A stretch of DNA of 57,633 bases, filler included, from Sphacelaria rigidula (Eukaryota): NCBI GenBank assembly GCA_964200075.2. It is 7 parts of 7 records of this genome, joined end to end, with 100 filler letters (N's around TTAATTAATTAA, not from the genome) between each part and the next. Parts side by side here need not be neighbours in the genome. Positions count along the whole stretch, not along the records: positions 1 to 8,148 come from CAXNAA020012121.1; positions 8,249 to 16,396 come from CAXNAA020012122.1; 5 more parts are not named here. The stretch is one strand, 5' to 3'. Numbering within the stretch: the first letter of the stretch is position 1; the number at the start of each line of letters is the position of its first letter. Below are positions 1 to 12,450 of this stretch, in pieces. The notes below the pieces were generated by a model, which saw nothing but the letters and a program-made list of their open reading frames with translations, was not told the DNA's origin and ran no database searches. A program made the translations under genes and the position numbers.

Positions 1-60
1 TCCCCCGGTACGTGCCTTTCATTTTGGTCTCGCGGATTGGGTCAGCACTCCCGCACCGCG
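1..60 (-). repeat. Dispersed repeat fragment; related copies at ~5740-5860 (+) and ~35860-36000 (-)
   Basis: GGTCTCGCGGATTGGGTCAGCACTCCCGCACCGC here matches GGTTTCGCGGATTGGGTCAGCCCCCACTCCCGCACCGC at ~35961. Its reverse complement resembles AGTGCTGATCCAAT at ~5744. GGGAGAGATGGGTTGATC is shared by ~5790 and the reverse complement of ~35930. Confidence 0.55.
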
Positions 61-935
61 GCGCTGAAGAAACACTCGTTACTATTGTTATTATTTATTA
101 TTCCCGTACATTAGTCCGATCTCGCGAACCCGTAGTCACAGACGTAGGCTCACCTTTCCAACTTCTCAATATGAAAGAACTATGAAAAAGAAAGATCCGG
201 CGATTCAGCGCTGGTTCTCGCCGGAGTACAGCGCAGTTATGTACGGGTAGGAACTTGGTAGGAATGGGGAATGAGGCGGATATTATTCGTGATGAGATGG
301 GGGTACAAATTGTGTCGGGAATTCGCATTTCCAATTTCAGAACAACCTGAAGACCCCCTGATTGGCCGAGAGACATTTCCCCCACCAGCACCACGACAAA
401 AAGACGCAAGAAATAGTATGGCCATGTCGTACTGTTTGTTTGCTCGTAGGGGTCACTATGATACCAAATATGTTTCTATCGGGTCAGTTTTGCGCTCTGT
501 ATCTCGTGGGGAATACATTTTGGGCATTCACCCTGACCCAAGGCTGTAGCCAGCTTCGGAGAATGCCCATTTTGCTACGCATATGCTATTGTCCTCCATA
601 TATGCCGATTTCGAGAGACCGAGCTGCACGAACACTTGTATCAGCTGAAGTAACAGCCCCAACTGTCGTAACATAGCCAGGAAGTGCATTTGATCTCCAT
701 TGCATCAAGGTGAAAACACGTATTTCGTGTTGCCACCACTCATTCTAGTTTGTCGCAAGACTTTGGGTTAGCCATCGCTCTGCTGGTAGATCACCTGACT
801 GCCTTGAGCGGGTACAGGCTACAAGCAACGTCCGACTGTAGTGGTCACAGGCAGGGCCTGTGGGTATACAGGTGGTGCGGGGGAAGTATTGCTGTACTGT
901 ACGCGTGAACCAGGGAAGGGTACACAGGAGTGACC

Positions 936-995
936 ATGGCTTCCGAGGGAGATGAAGCGGAGAGATTGCAGGTGCTGGAGCAGTACCGGAAGAAG
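936..995 (+). CDS. RPT4: 26S proteasome AAA-ATPase subunit RPT4 (PSMC6/SUG2), exon 1
   Basis: ATG at 936 encodes MASEGDEAERLQVLEQYRKK, followed by donor AAG|GTGAG at 996. It joins in phase 0 to exon 6443-6550 and gives the typical RPT4 N-terminal coiled coil. Confidence 0.85.
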
Positions 996-2814
996 GTGAG
1001 CAACAAAGGACGGACTGTGCAACACTGGCTGTAGGAGAGTACCAACATATCACCTCGGGTCGCCTCGGGACTCACAGACAGTACTCGTACGGTACAGACC
1101 GCAGTTTTTGTACGGCGAAGATAGGGCAGTACGACGGTACAGACAGTACATCTACCGTACCGTACCGAGTTGCAATATTGCATTGGAATCAAGAGCGAGC
1201 TCATTACTCAAACTGTGCGAGGAGGCTCATTTACAATCTCTGTGTAGTCATATGTAGCTGTCGTTCGCTACTTACTTTGCATGTTTACAAGCACGAGAGA
1301 ACCAGATCGCGCCGCAGAGCACGCACATCACAACAGCTCGTAACAGTTGAGAATTGTCGCCTCCTTTCACACGCGCTCTTCGAAAATGCCGCCCGCATGC
1401 ATTGTGGGTATATGTCGGCCCCGCATGGTTTTTTCAATAGGTGAGACCCCAAACTCCTGAGTGACTTGGGTGCCACGAAGGGTGTGAGCAACCGCCAAGG
1501 TTGGTTGAGATGGCCGATTTGGAACACCGTATTCCTGAGGGGTGTTATACTCCGTCATGAATCGCGAAACATTGCTCACGACGGCCCTGGCCTTGCATCG
1601 CGACACCAGAGTGGTACAGTCAGTCAAAATTGTATTTACCTACCCATTTGCATATCCAGCGTGCTTTTTTCGTACTGTGTAGGCACACGTGGTTTCTCGT
1701 GTGTACATACGTAACTCCTACCCTATTTACTGTCGTTCGAGCAAAGCTCCTTTGGTCAGCTGTTGTCCTGCTGTGTTATCCCTCAGATGCCAGGAGCACT
1801 TGTAGCGGAGTGCTGTAGAGCTGGGAAATCGCGGTCAAGTATGAGTGCATGGTACACCAACGACGAATTGCGGTAAATACTGTTTGGTTTCCAGGTTTGG
1901 GGTTTTCTGTGCTCTAAACTACGGGCAAGATTGCTATAATACCTTCGCACCAACAACCCCCCCCCGGACCATCCCTACTCCGGCACATGGCCATGCCGAA
2001 GATACCATCGCACTCGCATCCCCCGACATCATTTTTCCAATTGATTTCATCGACAGCGACAATGTTCTCATAACTATACTGTATATATAGTATATGGAAA
2101 GGTATCGTCGAGAACTCCATGTCGGTATCTCTCTCTCCTTCGACAATCAGGCCAGGCTCTTGCTTCTCGAGAAGAATCGGTTTTGCAGAAATCTACCTCG
2201 AAAGTTGATGCGATAGCGGAGGGTATTGAGGTATTATGTGGTACACAGCTGAAGGTTGATCCTTAGACAACGAGTGTCGCCTCGGAACAGTTTCACAGGC
2301 TGACAGTCCGGAGACATTCGAGGGTTTTCAGTGGCCGGGGGGGGCGGTGTCTGTCTGCAGAGCAGCCGAAAAGCTAACGAAGTCAACCATGTGTGTTTGG
2401 AAGTTTCTCCCGCGGAAGATTCTAAGCCAGGAACGAGGCCCGAGAGGCGCGGAATGACCATTCTGACCAATCACGGCTGTCAAAATGAGCACGTGGTTCC
2501 CCTACAGGTGAACAACGGGTCGACTACTTCGCTGTCTACTGGCATTTCTAATTTTGGTCATGACAATTCAACCGTAGATTACATGGGTACAATGACTTGT
2601 TTTGTACTCTGCTGGGCCAGCAGTATCTGGGCCAGCAGCATATCCCGCATTCGCTTTCCACACCACAACTTCACAAGTTTTCCAAATCAGCGCGACTTGA
2701 GCGCATCGCTGTGAAGTGCAGACCGACCTGGTACACACGGCACCGCCGCTGAATGAAGGAAAAAAATGAAGAAACATGTACTGCATAATACCATTACGAC
2801 GGACGAAAAAAAGG

Positions 2815-2870
2815 AATATGTCGGGATTCGAACTCATGACCTCCATAGTTGTAGTCTCTTGCATCACTGG
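2815..2870 (-). repeat. tRNA-derived SINE-like fragment
   Basis: The minus strand reads ...GGAGGTCATGAGTTCGAATCCCGAC, a B-box/T-arm-like motif. No complete cloverleaf. Confidence 0.35.
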
Positions 2871-3699
2871 AATTAAAGGTGCGCGGCCGTATCACACGAA
2901 AAGTGCGATGCCGCGCCAAATTTGAGGTAATTTGGCCGAAACTTCACCAGAATGTCGTTGACGCGAGTGCCCGTATGTGTTGAAACGTTGTCGTCGTTTT
3001 TATCATTTTTTCAGGAAGTTATAGCACTTTCACTGTTTTTGCTAAAAACTTCAGATCGCTTCACCTTCCTATTTTTTTTTTCTTCTCTGCACCCCAACAG
3101 GGTTGCGCGGGTTGATGATAAAAGTGTGGGATCAAAATTTCAGCGCCTATGTCTTCGAATTACCAATGGCATCTCCACTCTTCGTTCAAAAATCACTGTC
3201 AGCTGGCCCCGCTCGTAGTACAAATGATTCATACGAATCAATCCTTGGGCTTACGTTTTCAGAGTTGCACCTCAGGTACGCGCAGCCTAGTACTGTGAAA
3301 TAGCGCAGAATTTGTGTGGAGATTTTTTTTCAACCGCAGTCAACATTTTTCTCGCTTTCGAGTCATCAGGCATCAGAAATCGTAGATTCGGTTACTCGAA
3401 CCAGCGAGGACTCGTACCACCCTCGGAGAAGTCCGGAGTAAAATTCATGAAAATGTGAGCCGCAGGTGTGGCACCTTCTCCATTCCCGATGGAACCTTTT
3501 GATATCAACTTCCAAAACTGGAACCGAGTACCTAACCAGAGTACCCAACCAACTGTGGATTCGTTTGGTGTGGACTGAACAAGGATGTTCCGTCCTGTCC
3601 TGTCCTGTCCAATTCATGTCAACCACACGGTCATGTCCGTTTACAGTCAATTATTGACTATATCATTATATAGTGTTGTGTAGAGCGTGCGGGAACAAT

Positions 3700-3920
3700 G
3701 ATGGCAACAGTGGAGTCCCTCATTGGCCTGAAGCTTGACGTCGACTCCGCGCACTTCAAGAACTCGTGCTTGGGGTTATCATCGAGTAGCTAAAACTTGA
3801 GCGCCTGGAAGGTGGTGCTAGGCACATGACCAGCATGAATCGTTCGTGATATTTTTGTGATGCATGTGAGCTTTTCGTAGTAAATGGCCCTGTGCTTCTT
3901 CACCCAATTTTGTCAATACT
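3700..3920 (-). mobile_element. Possible Tc1/IS630-like transposase HTH fragment (degenerate)
   Basis: Minus-strand NWVKKHRAIYYEKL...HAGHVPSTTFQALKF*LLDDNPKHEFLKCAE resembles the HTH region of IS630/Tc1-type transposases and contains stops. Motif recall only. Confidence 0.3.
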
Positions 3921-4974
3921 GTAGATGTGCTGGTGTATCAAGTCGGCATCGTGAAACGCTGTAGCCAAACTTTCCCGTCAAGAACATGTCGTTGATCACC
4001 TACCTTATCAGTAATAATCGGATCATGTTCCATCGGGTCCCTACGGGTTTTTGCCGCTGACTGTACTTTGCTCTCTTTTTTTTTTCTCCTTCACTTTTTC
4101 CCATTTTGTTGTACTGCAGACACCGTGACGTGCTGCACCTGTACCTTTCCTCCTTGTGTACTCCGAATTGAAACGAAGGGAGATGTCAAAGTAGCACGTA
4201 ACCGGCCAACTTGGGCGGAGTATACGCAGTGAATTCGATTCCCGACAGGGTTGGTGGCTTACATTTATCGGTTCTGTCGTGAAAAGCGGGAGAACGTTAG
4301 CTAACAGAAGTATTCAGTGAAATTTGACAGGCTGCGGCAGTGCTCGTCTAATGCGCAATATTAAAGTGCGAGGCACCTACCATAGGAGGGGTGAGTTGAT
4401 CCCCTCTAGACTATTGATTCATGTCAAGAGGGGCGTGTGAAAGTATGACGGGAAAAAAAGAAGACACGTGTCGTATTCCCAAGGCTCTATCGAGATTTTG
4501 CAGACCCCTTGATAAGGATAGCGTTGTTTACGTGAATGGCGATCGGTATTGTCTGGCTACGATAGTGGGAAAATGACCTACGTACGGTTCACGTGCATGC
4601 TCTCAAGCCGTTGTGGGTATTTTTTGCAATTTTTGTGCGACATTTACTCCTCATCAACCGAGAATTTTGCACGGAAAATTCCAAATTTGAAACGAACGCT
4701 CGGGGTATCGATTGGGTTCAGAATATGACGAGCATTTCAGGGTACCCAAAGTATGGACACCCCGTATCCTTGCTATACTCTTGTCTTCTTGGTTTGTCGC
4801 GAATATCGCCAGAAACCCTCACATGGTGTCTACTTGATTATACTTGATTATAGGGTAATATCGCCGCGCCCCGGAATTTGAAGTGGTGCGTGATCACTAT
4901 ATTTGACCATATTTTGCGGGGGGTTGCATTCATGATATTGTATTTTGCATTCGTGTGATCAGTGATCTCGTATT

Positions 4975-5600
4975 CCCACAAAGCCGGGATAGAGCAAACT
5001 AGGGTTTCGCCGGATCATGCTCGCGTTCACCAAGCGCGAAGCGCCGTGATGTGTTGAGCCAGTTGCATGAAGGGTAAGCTGCATCCTGCTAAGGTTGTTC
5101 GGCCCCAAACCCTACTGATTATCTTGCATATGGATGACAGCTCACAATGAGTTGCTTCATTTTCTGGTATCGTCACTTCCAGAGACAGCAACGGATCACC
5201 CATTGCCTCATGAGTGTCTCACCATGTAAACAATACGTAGTATGACCATCCCCTTTGCACGGACTTAGGGTTCTACACTCGGCAAAATATGATCCAACTC
5301 GACCACCACGATTACCGCGAAAAACGTGAGCGTGTAAAAAAAAACGATAACCTGGTTGCATAGCCTACGCAGCGACTGACGTGTTTTTTGGCGTCGTTGC
5401 CAACCGACGCCAACCCCATAAGGGAGGCGTACTCATTTGTTGCTTGCCTTGGTCGTTCGACCATTGACCATGCATCCCTTTCGAGACGGAGCACGGGGGC
5501 GTACTCATGATCTTGCATGCCGTAGTCATACTAACATTGACCTCTCGCATCCCTACAAAGCCGGGAGGGAGCACGCCCGATTTTCGCCGAGCCTGGTTGG
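4975..5600 (+). mobile_element. Unclassified ~600-bp dispersed repeat with ~75-85-bp terminal modules (copy 1, in RPT4 intron 1)
   Basis: Colinear with the reverse complement of 27790-28445 (shared blocks CACCAAGCGCGAAGCGCCGT, CACTTCCAGAGACAGC, GACCATTGACC.YGCATCCCTTTCG.GACGGA). It ends in module B, followed directly by a new module A at ~5495. Confidence 0.8.
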
Positions 5601-6324
5601 AAAGGTGGGGGGGGGGAGGGGGCTTGAGTCCTGATTGCTTCAAGTAACTTATCCTGATTTCTGTCTCCGGCATCGGAAAAGCTGAGGGTGAAAGTCAACA
5701 ACACAAAAACGAGGCGATGAATGTTGACACGGTAAATATCACAAGTGCTGATCCAATTACGCACACAGAAGTGAAGGAGAGTTCGATATGGGAGAGAGAT
5801 GGGTTGATCGGTCTCCTGGGAATACGGACCGGTCTCGAGGAAGACGGGGGAGTGGGGGGGCGTTCGCAGCCCTACCCTTGCATGGACACGCCCGGTGGAA
5901 ATCACGCTGTGCAATAGTCAAGGATTCTTTTATTTTTTTACAGACGTCACACACGACACTCACAGTATGGTTGTCTTGATTGCTGTGGATTTTCGTGTGA
6001 CGAACACGCGCGGCTTTCCTGGCGACCGATCCAACATAGGGAGGTCTGGCAGCCAAAGTGTTCGCCCTCGCCCCGAGTAAGTCGATGCACGAGAGCGGCA
6101 CGGACTGTTCGCATAGATCGTGTGCCGCCCTGTTGTAGAACCCACACATGGAGCGTTTGAGTGAGGGCCTAGGGATGTGTAATTTTCATCTTGGCATCGT
6201 TTGTTTTTTCCTAGTGAAGATGATGTCGACTCAACAGATAGTTCACCTTTGAACGCTCTAAAGATGAAAAGAAAGACCGAATTATTGTCATTTTATTTTC
6301 TGTTTATGTCGTTATGGAGACCGT

Positions 6325-6440
6325 GACCCTAGCCCTAACTCTCCCCGGAGCCCTATTAATAATTCTAATCCTGATCCTGGCCCTGAGCCTAAATTTAACC
6401 TGAACCCAAACCCGAATCCGACCCCTAAAACCCCAACTCT
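6325..6440 (+). repeat. Degenerate CCCTAA (telomere-like) array abutting the RPT4 exon 2 acceptor
   Basis: ACCCTAGCCCTAAC...TCTAATCCTGATCCTGGCCCTGAGCCTAAATTTAACCTGAACCCAAACCCGAATCCGACCCCTAAAACCCCAACTCTAG. Confidence 0.65.
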
Positions 6441-6442
6441 AG

Positions 6443-6550
6443 GTCCGCGAGCACCGCGAGATGGAAACTCGGGTGAAGACGATGCGAACGGAGACCCGAG
6501 ATCTTGTGAAGGAATTTAACAGGACGGAGGATGACCTGAAGGCTCTGCAG
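6443..6550 (+). CDS. RPT4: RPT4 exon 2
   Basis: Acceptor CTCTAG| and donor CAG|GTACT. Encodes VREHREMETRVKTMRTETRDLVKEFNRTEDDLKALQ, matching the RPT4 signature EDDLKALQSVGQI across the next junction. Confidence 0.93.
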
Positions 6551-6812
6551 GTACTTACGATCCACTTGAAAGATAGATATACGCCTGTTTTTTTTTCGTT
6601 CTGATTGTCCGACCGTCTGACTACTGAGTATATCACCCTGGACGACAAGAAATCACGACTGTCGATGTTTCAAGAAGATGGAGCCACGCACACCGCGTCT
6701 CGACGAGGTGTTCCCAGTGACGCAAGGTTTGTCGGTGTGTCTGCCGCAGTTACGCTGATCCAATCCGCAATACGCATGCCCCTGAGACTACGGACTGACC
6801 TCGAGGAAGATG

Positions 6813-6870
6813 CACACACATACGCATACGCATACGCATACACACAAACATGCGCATGCGCGTACGTGTG
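6813..6870. repeat. Compound (CA)n/(TACGCA)n microsatellite
   Basis: CACACACATACGCATACGCATACGCATACACACAAACATGCGCATGCGCG. Confidence 0.8.
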
Positions 6871-6981
6871 TTCGTGTATCTGTGTGTTGCCTTATATCCA
6901 ATGACGATCGGACCTCTTGGTTGCATGCTGCTCTCCGGCCGGCTCTCTCGTTCTGTCTCGTGACATGGAACACACGAACAG

Positions 6982-7332
6982 AGCGTGGGTCAAATAATCG
7001 GGGACGTACTGAAGCAGCTGGACGACGACCGCTTCATCGTGAAGGCGTCGAGCGGGCCCCGATACGTGGTGGGGTGCCGCAACAAGCTGGACAAGGCCGC
7101 CCTCAAGCCGGGCACGAGGGTATCCCTCGACATGACCACGCTCACGATCATGCGGAAGCTGCCAAGAGAGGTAGACCCAACCGTGTTCCACATGCTTAAC
7201 GAGGACCCCGGGGGCATCAGCTTCTCGGAGATCGGGGGGCTGGGGGATCAGATCAGGGAGCTGCGGGAGGTGATCGAGCTGCCACTTACCAACCCCGAGC
7301 TGTTCATCCGCGTCGGGATCAAGCCCCCGAAG
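6982..7332 (+). CDS. RPT4: RPT4 exon 3 (OB fold to just before Walker A); gene truncated by contig end
   Basis: [38 protein letters not shown]...[29 protein letters not shown]. Highly conserved RPT4 sequence. I did not find the next exon (GVLLYGPPGTGKT) in the window. Confidence 0.95.
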
Positions 7333-8148
7333 GTATATTTTCGTGGTGGATGAGACCAACTTGCATGAGGATAAGTATGGGATATATATACATGTTCATA
7401 TGCTGAATTGTTGATCACAATTATACACACGAAAATGTTGATCATTGAACGATACACCTGTTATACGAAAACATTAATCATTGAATGCCTCAACTGTTTC
7501 GTGTTTAGGTTTTGTGTTGGAGCGGGTTATTCGGTGTTCGGTTTTCTGTTTTCTGTATATATATATATATATATATATATTTTGGAAGTTGGGAAACGGT
7601 GTTGCACAACGTGAAGGCCTGGCTGCTGCAACGTTGTAGTTCACCTATAACTTCCGAGTATCATCCCATCGGCCTTGTATTTTCACCTTGAACGTCCACC
7701 TACATATACACCGTCATTGAAACACGTGGTATGTGATGGTGAGTTAGGAAAACTTGATAACAAGATATATATTTTTGAGTAACTATGACCAACCCCCCAT
7801 TAACGGATATTCCCGAAAAGGCGTCGCCGGACCGCTGTACAACATTTTTTTCGATTGTATTGTCTTTTCCTCCTCGAAGCCACCAACATGATATAATGGG
7901 ACAGGTTGAAACCTGCTTGCGACGACCCCGATGTTGTGCTTGTCAGCTCATTAGGAGCAAATGACTTGCTTTTAGTGTGCAGATGCCGCTGCGAATTAAC
8001 CCCTGCTCCATCCACGGTTCGGAGGGTGACATCTGATATTGTAGATCGGCATAATATCGCTGATTCACTTGACTGGGACACCCAGATCCCCCCCCCCCCC
8101 CCCCCCCACACCACCCCACCCCCCCTCCATATTTTTTTTCACCTCTCC

Positions 8149-8248
8149 NNNNNNNNNNNNNNNNNNNNNNNNNNNNNNNNNNNNNNNNNNNNTTAATTAA
8201 TTAANNNNNNNNNNNNNNNNNNNNNNNNNNNNNNNNNNNNNNNNNNNN
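8149..8248. other. Artificial contig spacer (N44-TTAATTAATTAA-N44)
   Basis: Exactly 100 nt. The core places stop codons in all six frames. Confidence 0.97.
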
Positions 8249-9516
8249 CTCACTTAAAGCGAATGATCAAAGCCACTCTCAATCGTATCATCTACTCTCA
8301 ATCTCACGAAAACACTGTTAAGTTTGGCCAAAAACGAAATCGTGACCTACGGAAAACGCAAAGGTGCTCTGGAACCGCCTCAGCGAGTAGAGCAAGTCAT
8401 TCCAAAGTGTCAACATCCGCCTAGCCCTCTTTTGGGGGGGACAACGACGGAGAAGGCCCAAAAATGCACATTTTAACAAGTTTCATTTTTTGATACATGA
8501 CAAGTAGCCTAACTGCTTCAGGGCACCTTTGGGATCCCAGCAAAAATCTTGTGGTATGGACCATCACGCCAGATATATGTATTACCCGCTGTTCACAGAT
8601 TGAACTATGCAAACTCCACAACACTTATTCCCTCAGCTACCACCACAACCCTGCAGCAAGGAGCACGAGTTGGTCACAGGGATATAGTAGATACGCACTG
8701 CCGTAGTTGGGTATGATGTATATCTTGTTGGTAAAAAGTTGAACATCTTCCGTCATGGTAAGGATCGCGGCGACGGAACTGCGCGTGGTGTATATATATA
8801 TATAGTCCTGCGCTGTCTCTACTGTACTTTGCCTGCTTCCCTTTCACGTCCTACTGAAGGCAGTCGTGCGCATGCTGCAAGAACGGGCGTCGTGATGTCT
8901 ACTGAAGCTGACGGTATATGACACCCCCATGTACCCAAAGTGACAGGCATCCACTTTGTTTAGCCATACGTAGCGCATATGCCACTAACTCTGCAGTATA
9001 TTGCACCACATGTATATAAGCACGATATGGTATTGTTCTTCACGATATTGTACAGTTCAGTACAGCGCCAAACCGTGCTTATTGTTGTGATCGTCATATC
9101 GTCATCAACGTGCAGAATAAACCGTGACGATCAGGATTTTTCGCGTGTTCAATCGAAGAAGGGCTTTGGTATTGATGTGGTAGACTCGGGACTACCACGG
9201 GGTTTCAGAACCTGTCTGTATACAAGTGTGAGGTCCATACAGGTGTCTCACCATAACCACCAGCTCAAGCTATATAGAATAACCGTGTGGACATACACTC
9301 GCAATCAGTGTATGGGATTTGTATGCAGCCTAGGGTGTTAAAGTATTCTATCCCCTTGCCCAATTGATATATGAATTGGGGGACGAAAGGATGAATTTTC
9401 AACAACTGCCGCTGGCTCTGGAATCTCATCCGCTGATGCGGTGCAGTATGTGTAACTTCCACGGCAGAAGCTGCGCTTGCAAATGACTTCTCTTGTTGCC
9501 CAATTGCAGGTATTAA

Positions 9517-9643
9517 CGGGCAAAATGGGGATTCATTTCGAACAGCTTCTGGCGTACAAATCCCACCAGCGAGTATATATATATATATATATATCCCGGG
9601 ATTTGTACAGCCTCTGCTGTTCGAAATGAATCATTTTTGCCCG
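9517..9643. repeat. Imperfect inverted repeat around a (TA)n core (MITE-like), with a third arm copy at ~9662-9698
   Basis: CGGGCAAAATGGGGATTCATTTCGAACAGC..GTACAAATCCC pairs with GGGATTTGTACAGCC..GCTGTTCGAAATGAATCATTTTTGCCCG. Confidence 0.75.
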
Positions 9644-12049
9644 ATTCCAAGTCTGGAATTAGGATTTATTTCGAACAGCGGAGGCTGTACAAATTCCAGA
9701 TTTCCACAGCACTTATGCCATCAAAAACAATTCCGGAGATTTCAATACTGACACAGACCTTCGAGGCCCCAACATTGGGAATCCCTTACAGGATTGCGAA
9801 TACCCAAGGTCCTCTAGCGGGGATTTTAAAACGGACGGAATGGAGGATGAGGTTTGGAAAATCCTCTACAAGATAGCCGAATAGCCGCGTGTGAGTTGAG
9901 AAAATCGAACTGTTCAGTTTCTACAGCTGTTGTGAAATTCGGTGCATGTATGTCGTTACGGTGACTTCTGTGCAGACGACAGTCAGTACAGTAGAACCAC
10001 AATCTAGCTATGATCGGGTTTGCCTGCCGTACTGCTGACAGCGTTGCTTGACAACCACAAGACCTTTGCGGTCGGCGGTTGATGGCGCGGGTGTCAAATG
10101 CAACGACACGTAGTTGATCATAGAGCACTCTTGTTGCTCGTGGATATCTCGTCCCAGCTTGTAATGCATAACCTCCTTATGTCGGAATTCTAGAAAGCTA
10201 CTCTACCGCGGTGTTCACGCAGCCAGTGTGTGCTCCAGATTGCAGCATGGAGACGCTCCTATGCACCACGCTAGCAACAGTTAGGTCGCCACCATAGGTA
10301 TCTTATATCACTGCGCATGTCAAGAAGGTCTCCACAAGTGTTGGATCTCTCATACACCCCCCAAACTGGCGTGGGGCACGCTCTTGTCGTCGCGCATTCA
10401 GAGGGTCACATGTCGGGTAAAATCAACGATGAATAATACCCCCTAAGTTCAAATTGGATCTGTTATTGCTGCAGCACCGTCCTTGCTGGCATGTGTGTGA
10501 CAGACAACAGTAGCGGTGACGGGAACATCGCCTTGTTTTTCAACGACGTGTTCTGCAGCGCACAGAGGCGCATCTTGTCCAAAAAGGGGGGCAGAGAGAA
10601 ATCGATAATTCCATTGGTGAGCTCCACAGACAATAAGAGACGAGATCCCTCCGCAACTCGACGTTCTTCGGGGGACTGTGCAGCAACATAACATGCCTAC
10701 CGGCACATGAGAAATCCGGTATATGCTGGTAACATGCATGATGCTAGTCTCTCGAGCGATTGATAATCGCCGAGCGAGGACACACAAAAGGGCACGGGTG
10801 AGGAATTTCCTCTCTGTCGTTGCTTCTCTCTCTTGTGATATCGTCATCGACACGCGTGTACACCGCATTTGTTCGGTGCACCTAGCCACAACTGCTCAAC
10901 TGCTGCAAACGTTCGGGGGGGAAAGGTAGTTTTGCTCTGTGTAATTGTTTCGCGTCATCCCTGCAAAAAGATATGCCACTTGAACCTCATTTCAGAGATC
11001 AAACCCCCAAAGATTGGGATCCGCTGTTGCTCGGTATTCAACTACATAAATACTGCCGCGGGAACACCCAGCCCTCGGAAAAACTTCTGTGAAGAAAAAC
11101 ACGATTCCCAGAAAAAAACCTCGACAGTGGCGCCATGCGCCGCAAACTCAATCCGATAATCCTCAAACCCAATCCAATCCGATAAAGCGCCAAAAGGAGG
11201 GGTGGGCGGGAAAAATCTCAGACAACATCGATTCGCGATGCTGTCACCAACTGATGATCGCACCACACCCGTCTCCCGGAACTCATTAACCTCGACTTCA
11301 ACCCAGACACCATTATTGTCACTTCATCGTGGATGCACTTGCCCATTTACAAAAACTGCTTCTCCCACACTGAACTGACTCACCGGGTTCATCACACAGG
11401 TAATCTTGCATGTCAATGTGTTCTGAAATGGCTTCTAGATACTGCAACCACTATAAACATCTGGGAAAATTGTTCCCGCTTCTGCACAAAACATCGATCC
11501 TTCCCGAACACAGAATGGAGCCTTTTGTGCAGTTGCTTTCGAATTTTGTCACATTATGCACTCCCGCCCGCAACCCAGCTTGTGGGGGGTGGGTAGGGAA
11601 AACCTCATGAATCACCCGTTCAAAAACAGTGTGATTCCTCACGTATCCGACCGTTGGCTCCGATCTGAAGATTGCGCTGAGCGCAGTCGCACCAGCCTCC
11701 ACAAGAATCTAAGCCGACGCGCGGATACAAGATGTCTCCCCTACGCTCTCCCCCGCCACACCAATGCAATCCATTCCGTAGGGGCAAGACACTTCCGTGC
11801 ACATGTGGCCGACAACTTAGTCTCGGCTCCAGTACCGGCATCCAATCCTCTTTGTTGACACATAACTGTACTACTCTTCACTTATCCATTCATTTACCGT
11901 ATGTTACCGTATCCCTTTCATTGCCACTATTTTGATGTAGCATCCATCATGTAACTCGGCGTCAGGAGCCGCCTTTCCCCAATGAGGTCTTTACTCGTTC
12001 CTCTAATCCGTGCCCTGACCAGGCTACTGATCCCACTTCTACGCCGATC

Positions 12050-12450
12050 GGCGAAAGCTTCTGACCCCAAACCGCAAATAGCATTTATTCGTACCTTATT
12101 TTGCAACATCCTTGAAGTCATTCCTGCTGCGGACAAGTGTGTGGTGCCACCAATGCACAACTCTGCAGGCGTTAGCCCAGCCAGCACCACCACTTGCCGC
12201 AACGAAGTCACCGCATCATACCGAGTCCATATCAGAATTCCCCCATTGTTCCAAACACGTCGACGCGACTGCGTCTTTCCCTGATAAAGTGCCAAATTAC
12301 TTCTACACACAGGTTTACTGGGTCATGGGAACGAAACAGGATGGGTACAAATCTCGTGTGATGTCAAACGGAAAAGGAGGCACAGATACCCAACTACAAC
12401 ACGTGACCACCCGGGCCCCACGCAAGGGACAAATGTTCCCCATCCAACAG
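12050..12450 (-). pseudogene. Tyrosine recombinase remnant of the YR retrotransposon
   Basis: CRSNLALYQGKTQ...LRQVVVLAGLTPAELCIGGTTHLSAAGMTSRMLQ matches the (H)SLRIGGAT box region of DIRS/Ngaro YRs. The catalytic H-x-x-R is eroded. Confidence 0.7.

Noticed and set aside
8598..8895. Ankyrin-repeat gene 3' end (TLQQGARVGHRDIVD; AVVRMLQERAS*)
   Set aside because: Short, frameshifted motif resemblance only; no consistent exon chain could be built.
9950..10950. CACTA Tnp2-like transposase fragments on the minus strand
   Set aside because: Only two weak motif hints (LLDMRSDIRY, LRVVAFDTRA); insufficient to call.
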